Shown: positions 1-12,852, counted from the first letter of the whole stretch. The stretch is DNA of 62,934 bases, filler included, from 20 parts of 20 records of this genome joined end to end with filler, not necessarily neighbours in it; one strand, 5' to 3'. Notes: generated by a model not told the origin, from the letters alone. Made by a program: numbers and translations.

Positions 1-344
1 AACATCCTTAGACAGAGTCCTACCTTAAATTGTATAGTCCTGTAAACGACATACTATTTTTGTAAATTTCGATTTGGTTTCTTTTTGTCAAAGTAAAACA
101 AGATCTGGATATAGTGTAAAGAATGTCGGAGTGTTAGAATATAAATATACTCTTGTTGGAAAAAGAAATCAGTCTGAGCGGAAATTTTGGGAAATCCACG
201 CGTCCGGAAAAGTACTTTTTTTTCTCGAAAAAAGGCCACTAAAAAAAACTACACTAACCATTTTATTTTTTACTATAAAAAACCAAAGACAGAGAAATAG
301 CGAAAAATGCAAAAACTACGGTTTCAATTTTTACGTTATAGCTC

Positions 345-1800
345 GCGCTCGCACGTTAGTACTTTTGTCACATGAATAGTCCTTCTGGTATTGTCGTACG
401 TACCTGCGACAATCAAATCGCCATTCTGTATTTGTATAATTGAATTTCCGATCCCAAATTCTTTTATCCACAAAGGTGTCCCGTCATTCGAAAATCTTCC
501 AACAAAATTGACTCCGGTAACTGCAACACCTCGGTTGTCCTTCAGTAAAACACTTGAAAATGCGCGTTCATCTCTGTTACCTGAGCGACCCGTTGTTTTC
601 AAATAATGTCTCTCTGCGACATATTCTATGTACATAGAGGGAGAAGAAGTGATATAAAATTGTCGAGTACAAAAAATTCGGATTTTCTTTCATGCGATGC
701 GATGTATCAAACATGGTAGCACTTTGGTATACCTTCGTTTGGGGAACAAACGGCTTCCGGACTCCTCTCACGAGGTCTCGATATGAAAAATGTTATTTTT
801 TATTCAAAAACGATACTGCGCTTACACAAAGGACGTTCATTGTGTTCAAAAGAGCATGTTCAACACTTAGGCAACGTTGTTGATCTGGATAAAACACATA
901 AAAATAGTCGCGTTTTGACGAAATAAATTTGAAATGTTGTTCCCAGAGTTCCAAACAAAATTTGTTCCAAAAAGAGCAAACGTAGTGAAAACAGCAATTT
1001 CAAGTATTCATAAGCAGAGTTATGATTTACAAAGATACACTTACCACAGTGCCCATCTAAACATTTCTCAAAGTCTCCACATGTCCCAAAAGAAGTAGCG
1101 CATGCACTGAAACCACATTCGTCAGTTAACGCATTAACCAAACACTCTAATCACAAATACAACACCGTTTGAGTGTTGATGCGTGTGTACACATTAGTGT
1201 GTGTGTGTGTGTGCGTGTTCGGTGTGTGTGTTGGGAGTGTGTGTGCTTGTGTGAGCATGTGTACCTTGAATGTCATTGATATAACAACATGTGTAGTTTG
1301 CAAATGTTTTTGTGTGTGTACATGTTCAAAAATTTCCACTATAGCACAGATTTATTTTGTGACAAACACATTGCACATATACGAAAACAAACAAACACTG
1401 AACCATATTTAAAAAACAAACAAACACTGCACGATGTGTTTTTTGTTTATATCACGGGACAACTTGCTAAAAACTCATAAAATTATACAACCTGATTGAA
1501 TGTGTGAATGAAGAGTGATGTGTGTATGTGTGTTGTGTGTGCGTGTTTGTGTGTGAAGGTGGTCATGAAAACAAAATGCGTGATTAACGAACCCATACAA
1601 AATGCGAGTGGACAAAATGGTGTGCCGTCACCAAAATTATATGCAAAAAATTGGAATCCACGCGTTGTACAATCGATAACTTCCGCGTCTCTACATGTGT
1701 TTTGATCGTCAGCAAAACAAAATTCCCTCGAAACAATACCTTCTTCTCCTCTTGGGTGCTCTCCATTCATCCATCCAGGAAATTGAGTTCCACAGCAATT
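345..1800 (-). CDS. Spliced eukaryotic extracellular protein fragment with a UMOD/GP2/OIT3-type D8C Cys-rich domain (exon 1593-1800); further probable exons near 1045-1125 and 350-625
   Basis: The AG/GT-bounded exon 1800->1593 translates NCCGTQFPGWMNGEHPRGEEGIVSREFCFADDQNTC...FFAYNF...CPLAFCM. This matches the D8C pattern CGT.aPgWLNGxHP...GIVxRxxC...YxL...CxLAYC. Assigning the downstream exons to the same gene is inference. Confidence 0.6.
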
Positions 1801-2001
1801 CTAGAGGAAACGTGAAAAATAAAAAAGTTTGGAGATTCATGAAAATTTTGGTTGGGGATTCGGAAAATTTGCTTGTTTGGTGTAGTTAAAATTTTCACAT
1901 TGTATCGCATTTTCAGAATCTAAGACCAAATTTGTGACCAAAAATAAATCTTTTGCGAAAAAATTTGAAATTTATAACAGAATTTTTTTTCCTCCAAATG
2001 G

Positions 2002-2101
2002 NNNNNNNNNNNNNNNNNNNNNNNNNNNNNNNNNNNNNNNNNNNNTTAATTAATTAANNNNNNNNNNNNNNNNNNNNNNNNNNNNNNNNNNNNNNNNNNN
2101 N
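2002..2101. other. Artificial contig spacer (first of 19)
   Basis: 44 N + TTAATTAATTAA (stops in all six frames) + 44 N. The same spacer starts at 4481, 7408, 10039, 13864, 16676, 23591, 25967, 28592, 30891, 34438, 36790, 39522, 41626, 47203, 49811, 52102, 55269 and 59878. No synteny can be inferred across these spacers. Confidence 0.99.
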
Positions 2102-2246
2102 TTTTCGAAAAGCAACACCAGTTTTGGAAGGGGTAACCTGGCGAAACAATAGGATGAATTACCCAAGTCCCTTTTCACACCCAACAGCGATATCCTAGCC
2201 TTCACATTCCATTCTTCTCACCAAAGCCAACAAAAAGACATCGCAC

Positions 2247-2850
2247 TGGTTGGTTGGTTGGTTGGTTGGTTGTCGATGCCACTGGGACGGATTACATCAG
2301 AAATTTCAGGGAAAACCGTGAAATTTCCGGAAAGGATTACCCAGTGCCCCAGTCTTCCACACACCTAAGAAGGCAGGAAGCTAGAATGTTCTCCATCCGC
2401 CTCTGGGGGATGCAGTGAGCCAGACAGTGGCCGAAGCAAGTCCGGCCGTGGCTAAATCCCTGAATGTCCTTTAGTGGACCAAAACCATGCCAGTCTCATC
2501 CCTGCCAGTACCCCCTTTCGGCGTTAAAAGGTAACTCTTCCAGATGAGACCGTAGAGGGTCGAAAAACACCTCTGGGCTACCCCTAATCTTGGGAAGGAC
2601 GAAAAATTGCTACCGTAGCAACGCCCAAGACAAGGTGGAAACACCCAGCCTGATTACACCAGAGAGAAGACTCCAAGAAAAGAAAATTCTTCCACTAAGA
2701 AATTCAATCCATCATCTCCAAACACCCTTCAAGGATCGCACACAAGGATTCAATCGATCACTCCCAGTTCAGCAAAGACGCGCTCTCAGCGGGAAACTTG
2801 CATGTCAGAACACCTTCCATAGAAATTTCGAGAAAAGGACGGAGCAGTGA
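2247..2850 (+). mobile_element. Probable degenerate 5' end of a non-LTR (RTE-like) retrotransposon: (TGGT)6 tract, hairpin-rich leader, decayed endonuclease start
   Basis: The region is more GC-rich than its flanks and has several hairpins. One frame near 2783-2850 reads LSAGNLHVRTPS, resembling the (G)TxNVRTL start of LINE AP-endonucleases. Confidence 0.3.
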
Positions 2851-2942
2851 GTGCTTGCTATTGATTTGAAAAATATGAACATCGCACTCAAAAATACTAC
2901 GTTTATGATTTGACATATAGGATAAGCAATCAATCAACCGAG

Positions 2943-3927
2943 ATGAGCAGGAAAAGTGGTCGAAAAGGAGGCGGTGGTCGAAAAGGAGGTGGTGGTGGTG
3001 GAAAAGGAGGCGGTGGGAAGAAAGGTGAGTTCAGCCAAACCATTGCAAGAAAGTGAGCTGCAGCCTCAGCCGAGGTGTGTGAAAATGCACGCAATTTTTG
3101 TCGGGAGCCTTGACAAATGTGTTTGCATGAAAAAGTCTTCTCAAAGAATCGACTTGAAAATTTTGTTCGAGTCGAAAAATTGAACACCAAAATTTAATAT
3201 GGAGGAGGGTGAAGGACGTATTTTGTGAAAAGCCATGTGGGTTTGAAAAGGCAAAATCTATGAAAAATTCACCCTGTTCGAGCATGGTTTTCTCAAGACT
3301 TTACGTAACACATTCAATAACAGGCCGTCAGTCATTTTGAACCAAAAATTGACATGTTTGGTTCCATGAGTTTACAGTAGTGCATTGGCTTTAGTCTGAC
3401 GGAGCCAGACTCTCAATTATACAAAACGTTGGCAGGTGGCTAAAAAACTCATAGCGAAATCTGCTTCACTTTTGTACAGGTGATAACATTCTTCCTCAAA
3501 ACCGTGTGCAATTTCTTGGGGGTTCACAATTCACAAAGGGAACAATTTTCAGCCAGCATTTTGGTTTCTTTACACGCGGGGATTGAAGTTGCGAATCTTG
3601 AGAGTTAAAAAGTCCGGAAATATGTATTGGGACTCCTTTTTTACTGTTGGAAAAGCACAAGCCTGAGACAGACGTATCCAGACTTCCAATTAAGAAACAA
3701 CAGGGTATCAAAATGCAAGTTGCTATTGAGAAACGGTTTGAAAGTCTAAGTGCAAGCGGTTTTCTATTTGTTAGCACACATTTTTGACCCTTGTCAGAAA
3801 AATGACTTTCAGTGTATTTGCTCAACTGTAATTTGTTTGTTTTCAGGAAATTGTCCGAAATGTGGAGCTATGTTGCTTGACCCAAAGGAGCAAGATTATT
3901 GTCACAAATGTTCTCATCCACTCAAAG
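2943..3927 (+). CDS. Spliced eukaryotic gene start: Gly/Lys-rich exon (2943-3024) + zinc-ribbon exon (3847-3927)
   Basis: MSRKSGRKGGGGRKGGGGGGKGGGGKK|GTGAGT ... CAG|GNCPKCGAMLLDPKEQDYCHKCSHPLK|GTAAA. Both junctions are phase 1 and compatible; CxxC...CxxC motif present. Confidence 0.6.
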
Positions 3928-3985
3928 GTAAACCAAACATGCTCGCATCCGCTTGTTTAGGTGTGTGTGTGCGTGTGTGCGTGTG

Positions 3986-4449
3986 CAGGTCTCAGAGATG
4001 GGGGGTGATGGGGTGCGCAAATCACACACCAAAGATTTTTTTTGGGGGTGACATTTTCAAAATTTAAGCAAAGACCCGCAAAAATATGAAGCTGGATTTA
4101 TTCAACATATTTTGACCATATTGGAATCGCAAGTGGAGATGCTCTCCCCAACTTTGCACGAAACCTCATCACGACATCTTTCAGATCAATCTCAGATCAA
4201 TCTGAAGCCTCTCATGGTCTGAGTCAGTGTTTCCTTTGTAATATCGTGGTCCCTCATGGCTAATCATCAGCAACGTTTAGCCATGGTGATTAAATCTAAC
4301 AAATACTAACTCGGAGTTTTAGAAAGTCCGAAAAAAATGTGGTTTAAAAATTTTGGGGGTGATGGGGGGGTGATTGGGTGAAAAAAAATGGGTGGGTGAT
4401 GGGGGGTGATAAAATCACCCCCCTAGAATTTTTTCCTGTGAGACCCCTG
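3986..4449. mobile_element. hAT-like MITE inserted in a (GT/GC) microsatellite
   Basis: Imperfect TIRs CAGGTCTCAGAG / CTGTGAGACCCCTG, subterminal GGGGGTGAT repeats, near-identical GTGTGCGTGTG flanks and no ORF. Confidence 0.5.
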
Positions 4450-5479
4450 CGTGTGTGCGTGTGTGTGTGAGAGAGAGAGANNNNNNNNNNNNNNNNNNNN
4501 NNNNNNNNNNNNNNNNNNNNNNNNTTAATTAATTAANNNNNNNNNNNNNNNNNNNNNNNNNNNNNNNNNNNNNNNNNNNNAAAAGTATCCAAAATATTTG
4601 ATTTGGGGTCCAAAAGTACCCCCAAAATTTGAACTAGGAGGGTGGGCAAAAGCACCCCAAAATATTTTTGAATATAAAGCTATGTTATCACGCAAATAGT
4701 TTTTCTTGAAATTTGAATAAATGTTAACACCGAAATTAAATTTGTGCAGGAAGGAATTATAAATTATTCTTCAACACAATCCATGTCCTGCAAAATGAAA
4801 ATTTTTGAAAGAAAAAAAGCATGCGCAACTTTTCAGGTATCTACGAATCACAACCTTGCGAATGAGTCAGTGGTTTTCACTTCAATTTCCCCCGATCTTG
4901 CTCCTTTTTGTTCATCTTCATTTTTGGGACGAGAGAAAAAAATCCACTACATAACCATGCATTGGTTGCAAACAAAAGTCCCTCGCCTTACCTCGGCTGA
5001 GGCTCCCAACGCAACGCGACTTTGCCCAAACCCCCAGCACTAGAGCTCCGTTCAGAAAAACTAAATTTGCACCCTAACCCTGAAATTATTAAATATTTAT
5101 TGGCGAGTACATCTCTGGTTGAATGCTCGCTGAAAGTCATCAGTTTAATGTTGATTCCCTAAGCGTGCAACTTAACTGCAATTTTTTGAGTTGGGTGTGT
5201 AGGGGGTTTGTTTGAAAGAGTTTCAATACTGTTTTTGGAACTCGAAAAAAACGTTTTTGGAATTTGGAAAACGCGTTTAGGTTTGTATTTATTCTTTTAC
5301 CGACCATTACAGCATTTATTTTCTTTGACCATGGGAAGCTCCGTGCAAAAACGTGGGTATTAAATGTTGTAACACCAGAACTCCAGACACACCAACATCA
5401 AAATGAATTTCACACAAAAAAGTGGATTTCAAAAATTTATGGCTTTTATTTTGCTGACACAAAAACGTTGTTTTCTCAG

Positions 5480-7286
5480 ATTTCTGCTACGCTGCTCGTG
5501 ATGGTGACCTAGACGCTGTGAAAGAGCTGATATCTCACAAAAAAGTGAAAATCGACAAACCGTACAAGGTAGGTAAAACAATACAAAGCAGAAACACTTG
5601 AAAACCGTAAAAAAATCATTTCTTAGAAGAAGAAAAAAGACCCACACACCACTCCACTCCACTTCACCACTAATTGGTCGCCAAGTTTCTTCCAATGTCG
5701 TCTAAAAGTTACGAGGTTGATTTACGGGCCTTTCTGAGACCAAATCTCGAAAAAAATATTTTCACGTAATATTCGCCAGCTAGTCAGGGCCTTCGATCAT
5801 GCAAGAGGCCATTTTGCCACAATCTCAATTTTCCTTGAACGTTTTTCCTCGTGAAATTTGGCCCGTTGACGGGACTCCCAATATCGAAGACTTTAACTTG
5901 TGGAGGGTTATTTTTTTCTTGAAAAGTTGCAGGAACTCCATCGTAAGATTGAACAATTTCTTGTGTCTCCTGCATATTTTGCAAAGTTTGTAATTTCACA
6001 ACAGTAAGAATTCGTTTGGGTGGTTAGCATTTTTTGCTCACTTTCAAGAAGTTTGGTAAAACAATCAACACTTCGCAAAAAATATCGCACTTTTTTCGCT
6101 ATCTTAGAACATGCAAAAATACTAACCACCCAAACGAATTTTTACAGCTGGAATGCGAAATTATTTGAACTGCAAGACTTTCAACACCAAAGGTGCGCTG
6201 TTGCCCAAACATTCAACGAGTTTCCTGTTTGTGTCAGCACACATTCAAGAAGTTTGATAATACAATCAACACTTCGCAAAAAATATCATACTTTTTCACT
6301 ATCTTTGAACAGGCAAAACTGCTAACCGCACAAACGAATTTTTACATATGGTCAGGCAAAACAGAAACTTGTTGAATGTTTGGGCAACCTCGCACTTTTG
6401 GTGTTGAAAGTCTCACAATTTACTAATGTAGTTCACAACACAGGCACTGTGGCACTGTTTACTCCGCCAGCTTACCACCCAAAAGAATACGTACCATTTG
6501 TAGATTTTGTTTGAGTGTTTGGCATTTTTGCGTGTTTAAAAAAGTTTTCTCAGCTGCTCCACATACAGCAAGGAATACATCCACGTGATACTTTTTGGTG
6601 TTTTGAAAAAAATCGAATGTTTAGGGTGGGTCAAAGGATTTCCCGTTTTGCGCTGGCGTGCACACCCCAACTGCACTCCACTCCGCACCCTTCCCTCCTC
6701 CCCCTCCACTCAGCACTTTTGATTCGACTCCCTCCATTCATACATTTGCAACACCCCAAAACACATGTAGCTTTTCACAACATTTTTGGAACACACACTT
6801 TTGGTTTTCAAAAATTAGAATCAGTTTGAAGTGGAGGGTCATTTTTTAACCAAATTGATTGTAGTTTTGTATTTTCCAGTGTAAAAGACGCAGGGGAAAT
6901 TACTTTTTAAAAAAATATCGAAAAGTCTATCCAACAGCTTTTTGGAAAACACACACATTCGAGAAGTGTGATATTTTGCACATAGTGTTGAAGGTAATAC
7001 AAGAACTCCTTGAACGTTTAACCAAACAAAAACTTGTTGAATTTGTCGCATTTTTTGTGTTAAGTCGCACAATCAATACTTACACTACCAACCAAAAGAA
7101 AATTTACTCTCACAAAAGCGTTGCTACAACATACACAATTTTTGTGTGGTTTCAATCATTAATTTGTTGTTCAGGGATTAAATGCTCTTCATTGGTCTGC
7201 CGCATGTGGACGCCATGAAATAGCGCGATTTTTGCTACAAAATAATGCCGATATGGAGAGTTTGACGACGCATTATTACGACGCGG
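5480..7286 (+). CDS. Ankyrin-repeat protein, two exons (5480-5568, 7175-7286), partial
   Basis: The joined exons give DFCYAARDGDLDAVKELISHKKVKIDKPYK|GLNALHWSAACGRHEIARFLLQNNADMESL, i.e. consecutive ankyrin repeats across a phase-0 GT-AG intron. Confidence 0.75.
6002..6418. repeat. Nested direct and inverted repeat (foldback-like) within the ankyrin intron
   Basis: A ~110-nt unit is repeated at a ~200-nt period (6037-6147, 6238-6347). 6002-6036 is the inverse of 6113-6147, and 6170-6232 is the inverse of 6356-6418. The copies are diverged. Confidence 0.8.
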
Positions 7287-7507
7287 GTAGATTTCATACC
7301 GTATGTTTGGGATGTGTGAAAATAATCCTTTTGTGTGTTTATGGGGAAAAAGTATTTGAAGTTTATACAAGTGTTGCATTATCAAAAATAAAAACCAAAT
7401 ATCTTCGNNNNNNNNNNNNNNNNNNNNNNNNNNNNNNNNNNNNNNNNNNNNTTAATTAATTAANNNNNNNNNNNNNNNNNNNNNNNNNNNNNNNNNNNNN
7501 NNNNNNN

Positions 7508-10038
7508 TAAACAGCTGCCAGGTTGGCCCTGCCGAGGCCAAGCTGACCCACAATCAGCTCCCCGTGTGTATCTGTTTCAATAATGTATTAACCGACTAAG
7601 CCCGCTGACCTCAAGCTATATTAATGCGCCGCCTTACACCCTGCACCCCGCACACACCCCCTGCCTTGCAGCAATTAAGCCCCCCAAAGGAGGCCCAGTG
7701 TGCAACTCTCTTTAACCTAGTATTTAAAATTTAAAGCCTCGCCCGAGCCCTTACATCCGCCTACCCTACTTGGTACTAGTGTAAGTGTAACCCCCTAATC
7801 TCCCCAGCCTACACAAACTGGAGGGCCTCAGCCCAACCTAATGACTAAAGACTGATCCCAACTTGACGGGTGTTAACATAGAACGAGTTTCTCGTAACCT
7901 GGCAGCTGTGTCCCGCCAAATCTAGTAGCTTGTTCTGCTTTTGGGTCGTTTAGACCCCTCGCCCCGCGGCCAAACCCAAGCCCGAGCAGAGGCCCACCTC
8001 AATAACTTAAAGAGCCCCGGCCCGCCCGGGCGGGCTAGCCTGACTCGATCTTAAGTACTTAATGCGGAGTTCAGACACACCGAAAGACCCAATAGAACAT
8101 CCTAATTAGCGCGGCTACTGAGGGAGTGTACATGCTAGGCCTATGAAGCGGACCTTCAGTGCTCACATAAATCAGCCAGCCTTCCCTCTTTTAACCCTGC
8201 GCCGCACTAGGGCCTCACTTATAGAGCTTTCGAGCACGGTCGCGCGTTGTCTCCCACACATTAGGCCTATTAAGATGAAGCTTAGCTAAGCCCTTAAGGG
8301 TGCTAGGGCTAAGAATTCTTAATCCTGCTATTTTAGATTAAGGCCTCACCTAAGCCCCTGACCATAAACCTTGGTACTCCAATATAAAATGTGAAACCTT
8401 TTAACCCCCTTGTGGGCCCTAAATAACCATCCCAAGCGTACCTGGGTACTCAGCCCTACCTCAACTTGAGTATTAAATCCCACCTCTAACCTAACCCAAA
8501 GCTCCGAGGGCGGCCCTTGGCACCCCTCTGCACACAATACACCTTTCCCCTCCTCGGGTGCTAAACCCAGACGCATCAAAGGGGTCAAGCGGAGGCCTAG
8601 ATCAAATCTTAACGTATGGCAGGTACAATAACTCACCCCTAAATCATAAAGACCTGCCAACCCCGGCGGCACCAAGAGGCACCCCCGAACCTGACAAGCC
8701 TTTAGAGCCTTTGTATTATCTAACCCCCGCACCCTGTAACCATGGCCGAACCCAGGCCTAGGCCCTGGTGGTGTATTTGCCAACCCTGCGCCCGGAGGTT
8801 AAAACACTTAAACCCGCAAGGGAGGGTCTCGCTAATTCAGACACGCCAGACCTAAAGCGGGGCCGCCACACCTTAGCGGCCCTGCACCCCAGGTAGCTAA
8901 TACACTACATCCTTTAGATAGCTCCTGCTAACCTAAGTGCAGCCACCTCAACCCTGCGAGAGGTCTCCTGGCCTACTTAAAGCAAGCCCCCTCTCGGCGC
9001 GCGAGCTTACACAGACGCCTACCCCCCCCCCCAACTTACGAAGCCGCAGAGCTCCCCTGGCCCAGCGGGGGCCCCCAAGTTTCAAGCAACTCGCACGGAC
9101 CCATGAGAGCTGATCGTCGAGCCATGTCTTATAAAACTGGGAGCCAGGTCAACTAAACCCACAAGACCGGGGGCTTCGCCCCCAATAAACTCCATAAACT
9201 AATATTCTCCAATAATCGCATTAACCGGCTAGCCCCACCACCAAGTCCTGCTAAAACAATCATGCCCACCCACCCAACCCTACCTTGCGGTAATTAAAAA
9301 CCCTCAACTAAGCAGACATTAAGCCTTGATTAAACTAATATAAAAATTCGAGCCCGAACAACAACCCCTCTAGTATAACTAGGCTCACCATCAACCCTGA
9401 CCCCTGGCCGAGGGCTGCGAAATTAGCCCTACGGGTCCGACCAAGGACAACATACGCTATTGCCCTTAGAGGTGACCCGCCACACGAGTGAAGTAGGCCA
9501 ACCGGAGAGGTCAGTATTTTAATTTGACTGTAAGAGGGAAGCAGCTCAACTGTTTATACTCGAGGGGCCCTTTGCACCTCAAAAATCTATACGTGCACAC
9601 GCCCAGCGTTCTCCCAGGTGATAGGCTGGCGCGACCCCGTATGGAGCACCCGGGCTAGGCAGGGGCACATTTGTAATGGGCCCGCCCACTCTAATACTTT
9701 ACTAGGTACCCCATTTGAGACAGGTGTAACCCCAACCCTAGCCACTAAAGCAGGCACAAAAATTATAATCAAATTAGTAAGGCCTCATGAAAGCCCGTAA
9801 GCACTTCGGCATCTTGCCAGACAAGCGCAGGCATACTTAACATCCCCACAGTTTTAAGACACAACTAACACCCCCGGGGTTCAACATAAAGAGGCTCAAG
9901 TAAGCACTAACCTCCCTTCTGGAAAGGGCGTAGCCGACTGGCCTACCCCGTCTCAGGTAAGACAAAGGCAGGGCGCGGCACCTCGGGGCTGTTCACCCCG
10001 CCCAGATGAAAAAAATAGGTGGCTTCCAAAATAGCTGA
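7508..10038 (+). mobile_element. Heavily mutated GC-rich retroelement relic (possible non-LTR endonuclease region near 9200-10010)
   Basis: Whole contig is GC-rich yet dense in TAA/TAG in all frames. Faint ordered AP-endonuclease-like peptides (ILQ.., LAVI.., GEVSILI, KNLYVH, GILNI, SPRPD) occur in shifting frames. Confidence 0.4.
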
Positions 10039-10634
10039 NNNNNNNNNNNNNNNNNNNNNNNNNNNNNNNNNNNNNNNNNNNNTTAATTAATTAANNNNNN
10101 NNNNNNNNNNNNNNNNNNNNNNNNNNNNNNNNNNNNNNCCCGACCCAAATATGCTATAATCGTTCTAGATATCAATGAATAATCCACCACGTAGACACAA
10201 CCACTTGTTCCGCCCCTCAAAAGCACACCCACCATCTACATTCGAAAATTGTAAATGTTAAGCTTATGGGTGTTTTTGCATATAAAAAATTTATGGATTT
10301 CACACTTTCTTTTTCACGCTGTTCGGATTTCGTTTCCATTTCCGTTGTTCATATTTTGAAAGTTAGCAGGATTTTAACGTTTTCACAAGCGAAGCATAAA
10401 ATCTCAACCATTGTTTTGGCATAAATTAAATTACAAATGTTTACATCAATTTTCATTTGTGTTTCAACTTTTATGCCTAAAGTGAATTTTTCGCCAGTAT
10501 AATTTTGCGAGATAACCTAACCCACACCCTCACGTCATTTTGAGAAATGTTCGAAAATAACTACTCTTGAATGGAGTGGATGTAATAATGTATTTGGTAC
10601 GTATTTTCATTTGTGTGCGTGCTTTACATTTTAG

Positions 10635-11151
10635 ATAGATTTTATTCTTTCAGAACCCCACGGGGTAGTGTGTATAGAACGAGGAGATATACATAGCAGA
10701 CAAACAATACGGAATAATGATATATTGTGGCAATATCGGGTAAGGGATGCTTTATTTTTTTGAAGAAATAATTTCCATATTTTTAATTGAAAAACACGTA
10801 TTTCCACAATGAAATACCTATGTTTTATGTTCTGCCTCTATAGAACAATATCCACCTTGTCCAAGTTTATGCACAAAACTCTGTTAGCTCAACTGCAGTC
10901 AGGTATGCATTTTTTCGTTATGATAAATTATGAGATTTTCACCCCTCAGGACAAATAAAATTCAATATGTTTTGTAAAACGTTATATGTACTCGTATCTG
11001 TATACGCATTTACTTACAACAATTGCACTCAGTTTTGGATTTGTGATTTTGTTGTAGAACTTTAATCAAGCGGAAAATGTCGATTAAATACATGGTTCCG
11101 AATGAAGTCATAAGTTACATTGATGAAAATAAACTTTACCAAAATAAATGA
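10635..11151 (+). CDS. NMNAT: Nicotinamide/nicotinate mononucleotide adenylyltransferase, last three exons (10635-10739, 10844-10902, 11058-11151)
   Basis: Spliced translation IDFILSEPHGVVCIERG...NDILWQYR|NNIHLVQVYAQNSVSSTAVR|TLIKRKMSIKYMVPNEVISYIDENKLYQNK* matches the eukaryotic NMNAT C-terminus (ISSTxIR, SIKYLVP, YIxxxxLY). Splice phases are consistent. Confidence 0.88.
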
Positions 11152-12852
11152 CGCAAGTTCGAATCAAATAGCCATATTTCTTTGAGTCGTATTACGCATT
11201 TATTCTTCCAGCAAAACCCTGAAGTTGGGAGTAGCATTTAAGGTGATCGAGCATTCTAAGAGGTAAGTACAAATTTTGTGAGACCAAGAAATCTGTCTTA
11301 AACCTGAAAGTTGTAACGGATTTTTGAAAAGGACATCTAATTTCCTCTACATTCGTACTCATCAGCGGTGTTCGTTACAACTAATCAATCCATACAGGAA
11401 TGGATTAATATTTTACAGGCGAAATTTTTTGATTTTCTTCCTTTAACAATTTGTTAAACTTGAGAATAATACTGCACACATAAACACATATCCTCGTCAG
11501 TGTACGTTCCACTGCAAGAGGGGCATCTCCTAGAGGGTGGTGAGCCGTTTGTCGTTGCGGTAATAGTTTTGTCATGCAATTAGTTGTGAGGAAATTGCTA
11601 TTGCTTTTTAAAAAATCATCTTTTAGATTTTTTTTATTTTGTTGGAAAAATCATCCGTAAAGACTGTCGATACGGTTTCTAGAAACCACACGAAATCATA
11701 TGTCGATTAGTTTCAGTAGAGTTTGTGTTGCTGCCGCAGCATGGCTGGGCTCTTTGTTCTGAACTTGCAACAGTATGGACGTTTTTTAATGGTCCTGGTG
11801 AGTCGATTTTGGCACGTCGTTTCTGAAACTCCGTCTCAAAGTGGAGTGTTGGTTGTTGTTTTTTGTTAGTGTCACTCTGCGCTCCTGGTTTTAACTCTCC
11901 TCCCTTCATTATCAGGTCAGTGGATGTGTCCGCAGTCTTTTCAATTTCTAAGAAAGTTGTCCATTTTCATTTCGCACTTTTTAAGTCTCGCATTTTTTTG
12001 TGTTTTTTGTGGTGAATATTGTATCTTCCATTTTGTTGAATCTGCGCAATGAGTGGCAAGCGCTAGTGCTCGCTTTTAAGCTAAATTAACAGTGTTTTGG
12101 GGACCCGTACTCGTACATTTTTATGCTTTTTTGTTGGTCAAAACACATGGCGATTGCCTTTCCATGTTACGAAAATTGCATACCGTCTAGCGTTTTACAT
12201 TTACTAGCGGTGCTACAATGCTTCCTATGGCCACTTGCGCTCCATGTACCCACAATTTTGGCATTTTTTGGAACTTTTAATTCAAAATGAATGTGGTGGA
12301 AATCAGTGATACATTTTACATGAACGTTCATGACTAACAAAACACTTCTAATGAAACCACTGCGCGCATTCCGGCGACTTTGAATTATTTCGTTCTCTTT
12401 CCTGTTAGATAGCGCACTCATTTTATGCTTAAAATTTACATTTTCTGCTTCTGGTACGTAGGCACTACGGTTTAGGGGTGTAGCGTCTGTTTAGGTATAC
12501 GAGCACTACATTCCATTGAAAAGTCGCTTTTGTCACCTTCAGTTGGGGCAAGCTACATTTGTGCATATTGTTTGATATCAAATTCCGTATTTTATAACGT
12601 ATTAATGCCATTCAATACAGCTCGTTCGCTGGAACATTTGAAAGCTCATCAAGTTGTAAAATCAAACCAGACATATGTTTTGTGGAAACATGGGACAAAT
12701 CACGTGAAGCAAATACAATGAAAAAGATGTTCAGTGTTATATTCGGTTATAAAAAATTATGTGCGGGAAATGAGCTCGTTAGAAGTGTTTTGCTAGCTTT
12801 AAAAGGTGGTTATTTCAATTCGTACTGTGAATGCATTTTTTTTAATGTTTAG

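Noticed and set aside
1151-1412. Short ORFs over GT/CA microsatellite tracts, and most 60-110 aa ORFs in eukaryotic contigs
   Set aside because: Low-complexity or shadow frames with no recognisable motifs.
2046-2057. Recurrent TTAATTAATTAA palindrome
   Set aside because: Always centred in 44+44 N; it is a synthetic linker, and ORFs crossing it are artefacts.
8346-8783. 145-aa minus-strand ORF in the hypermutated contig
   Set aside because: No recognisable domain; probably a chance open frame in GC-rich relic DNA.
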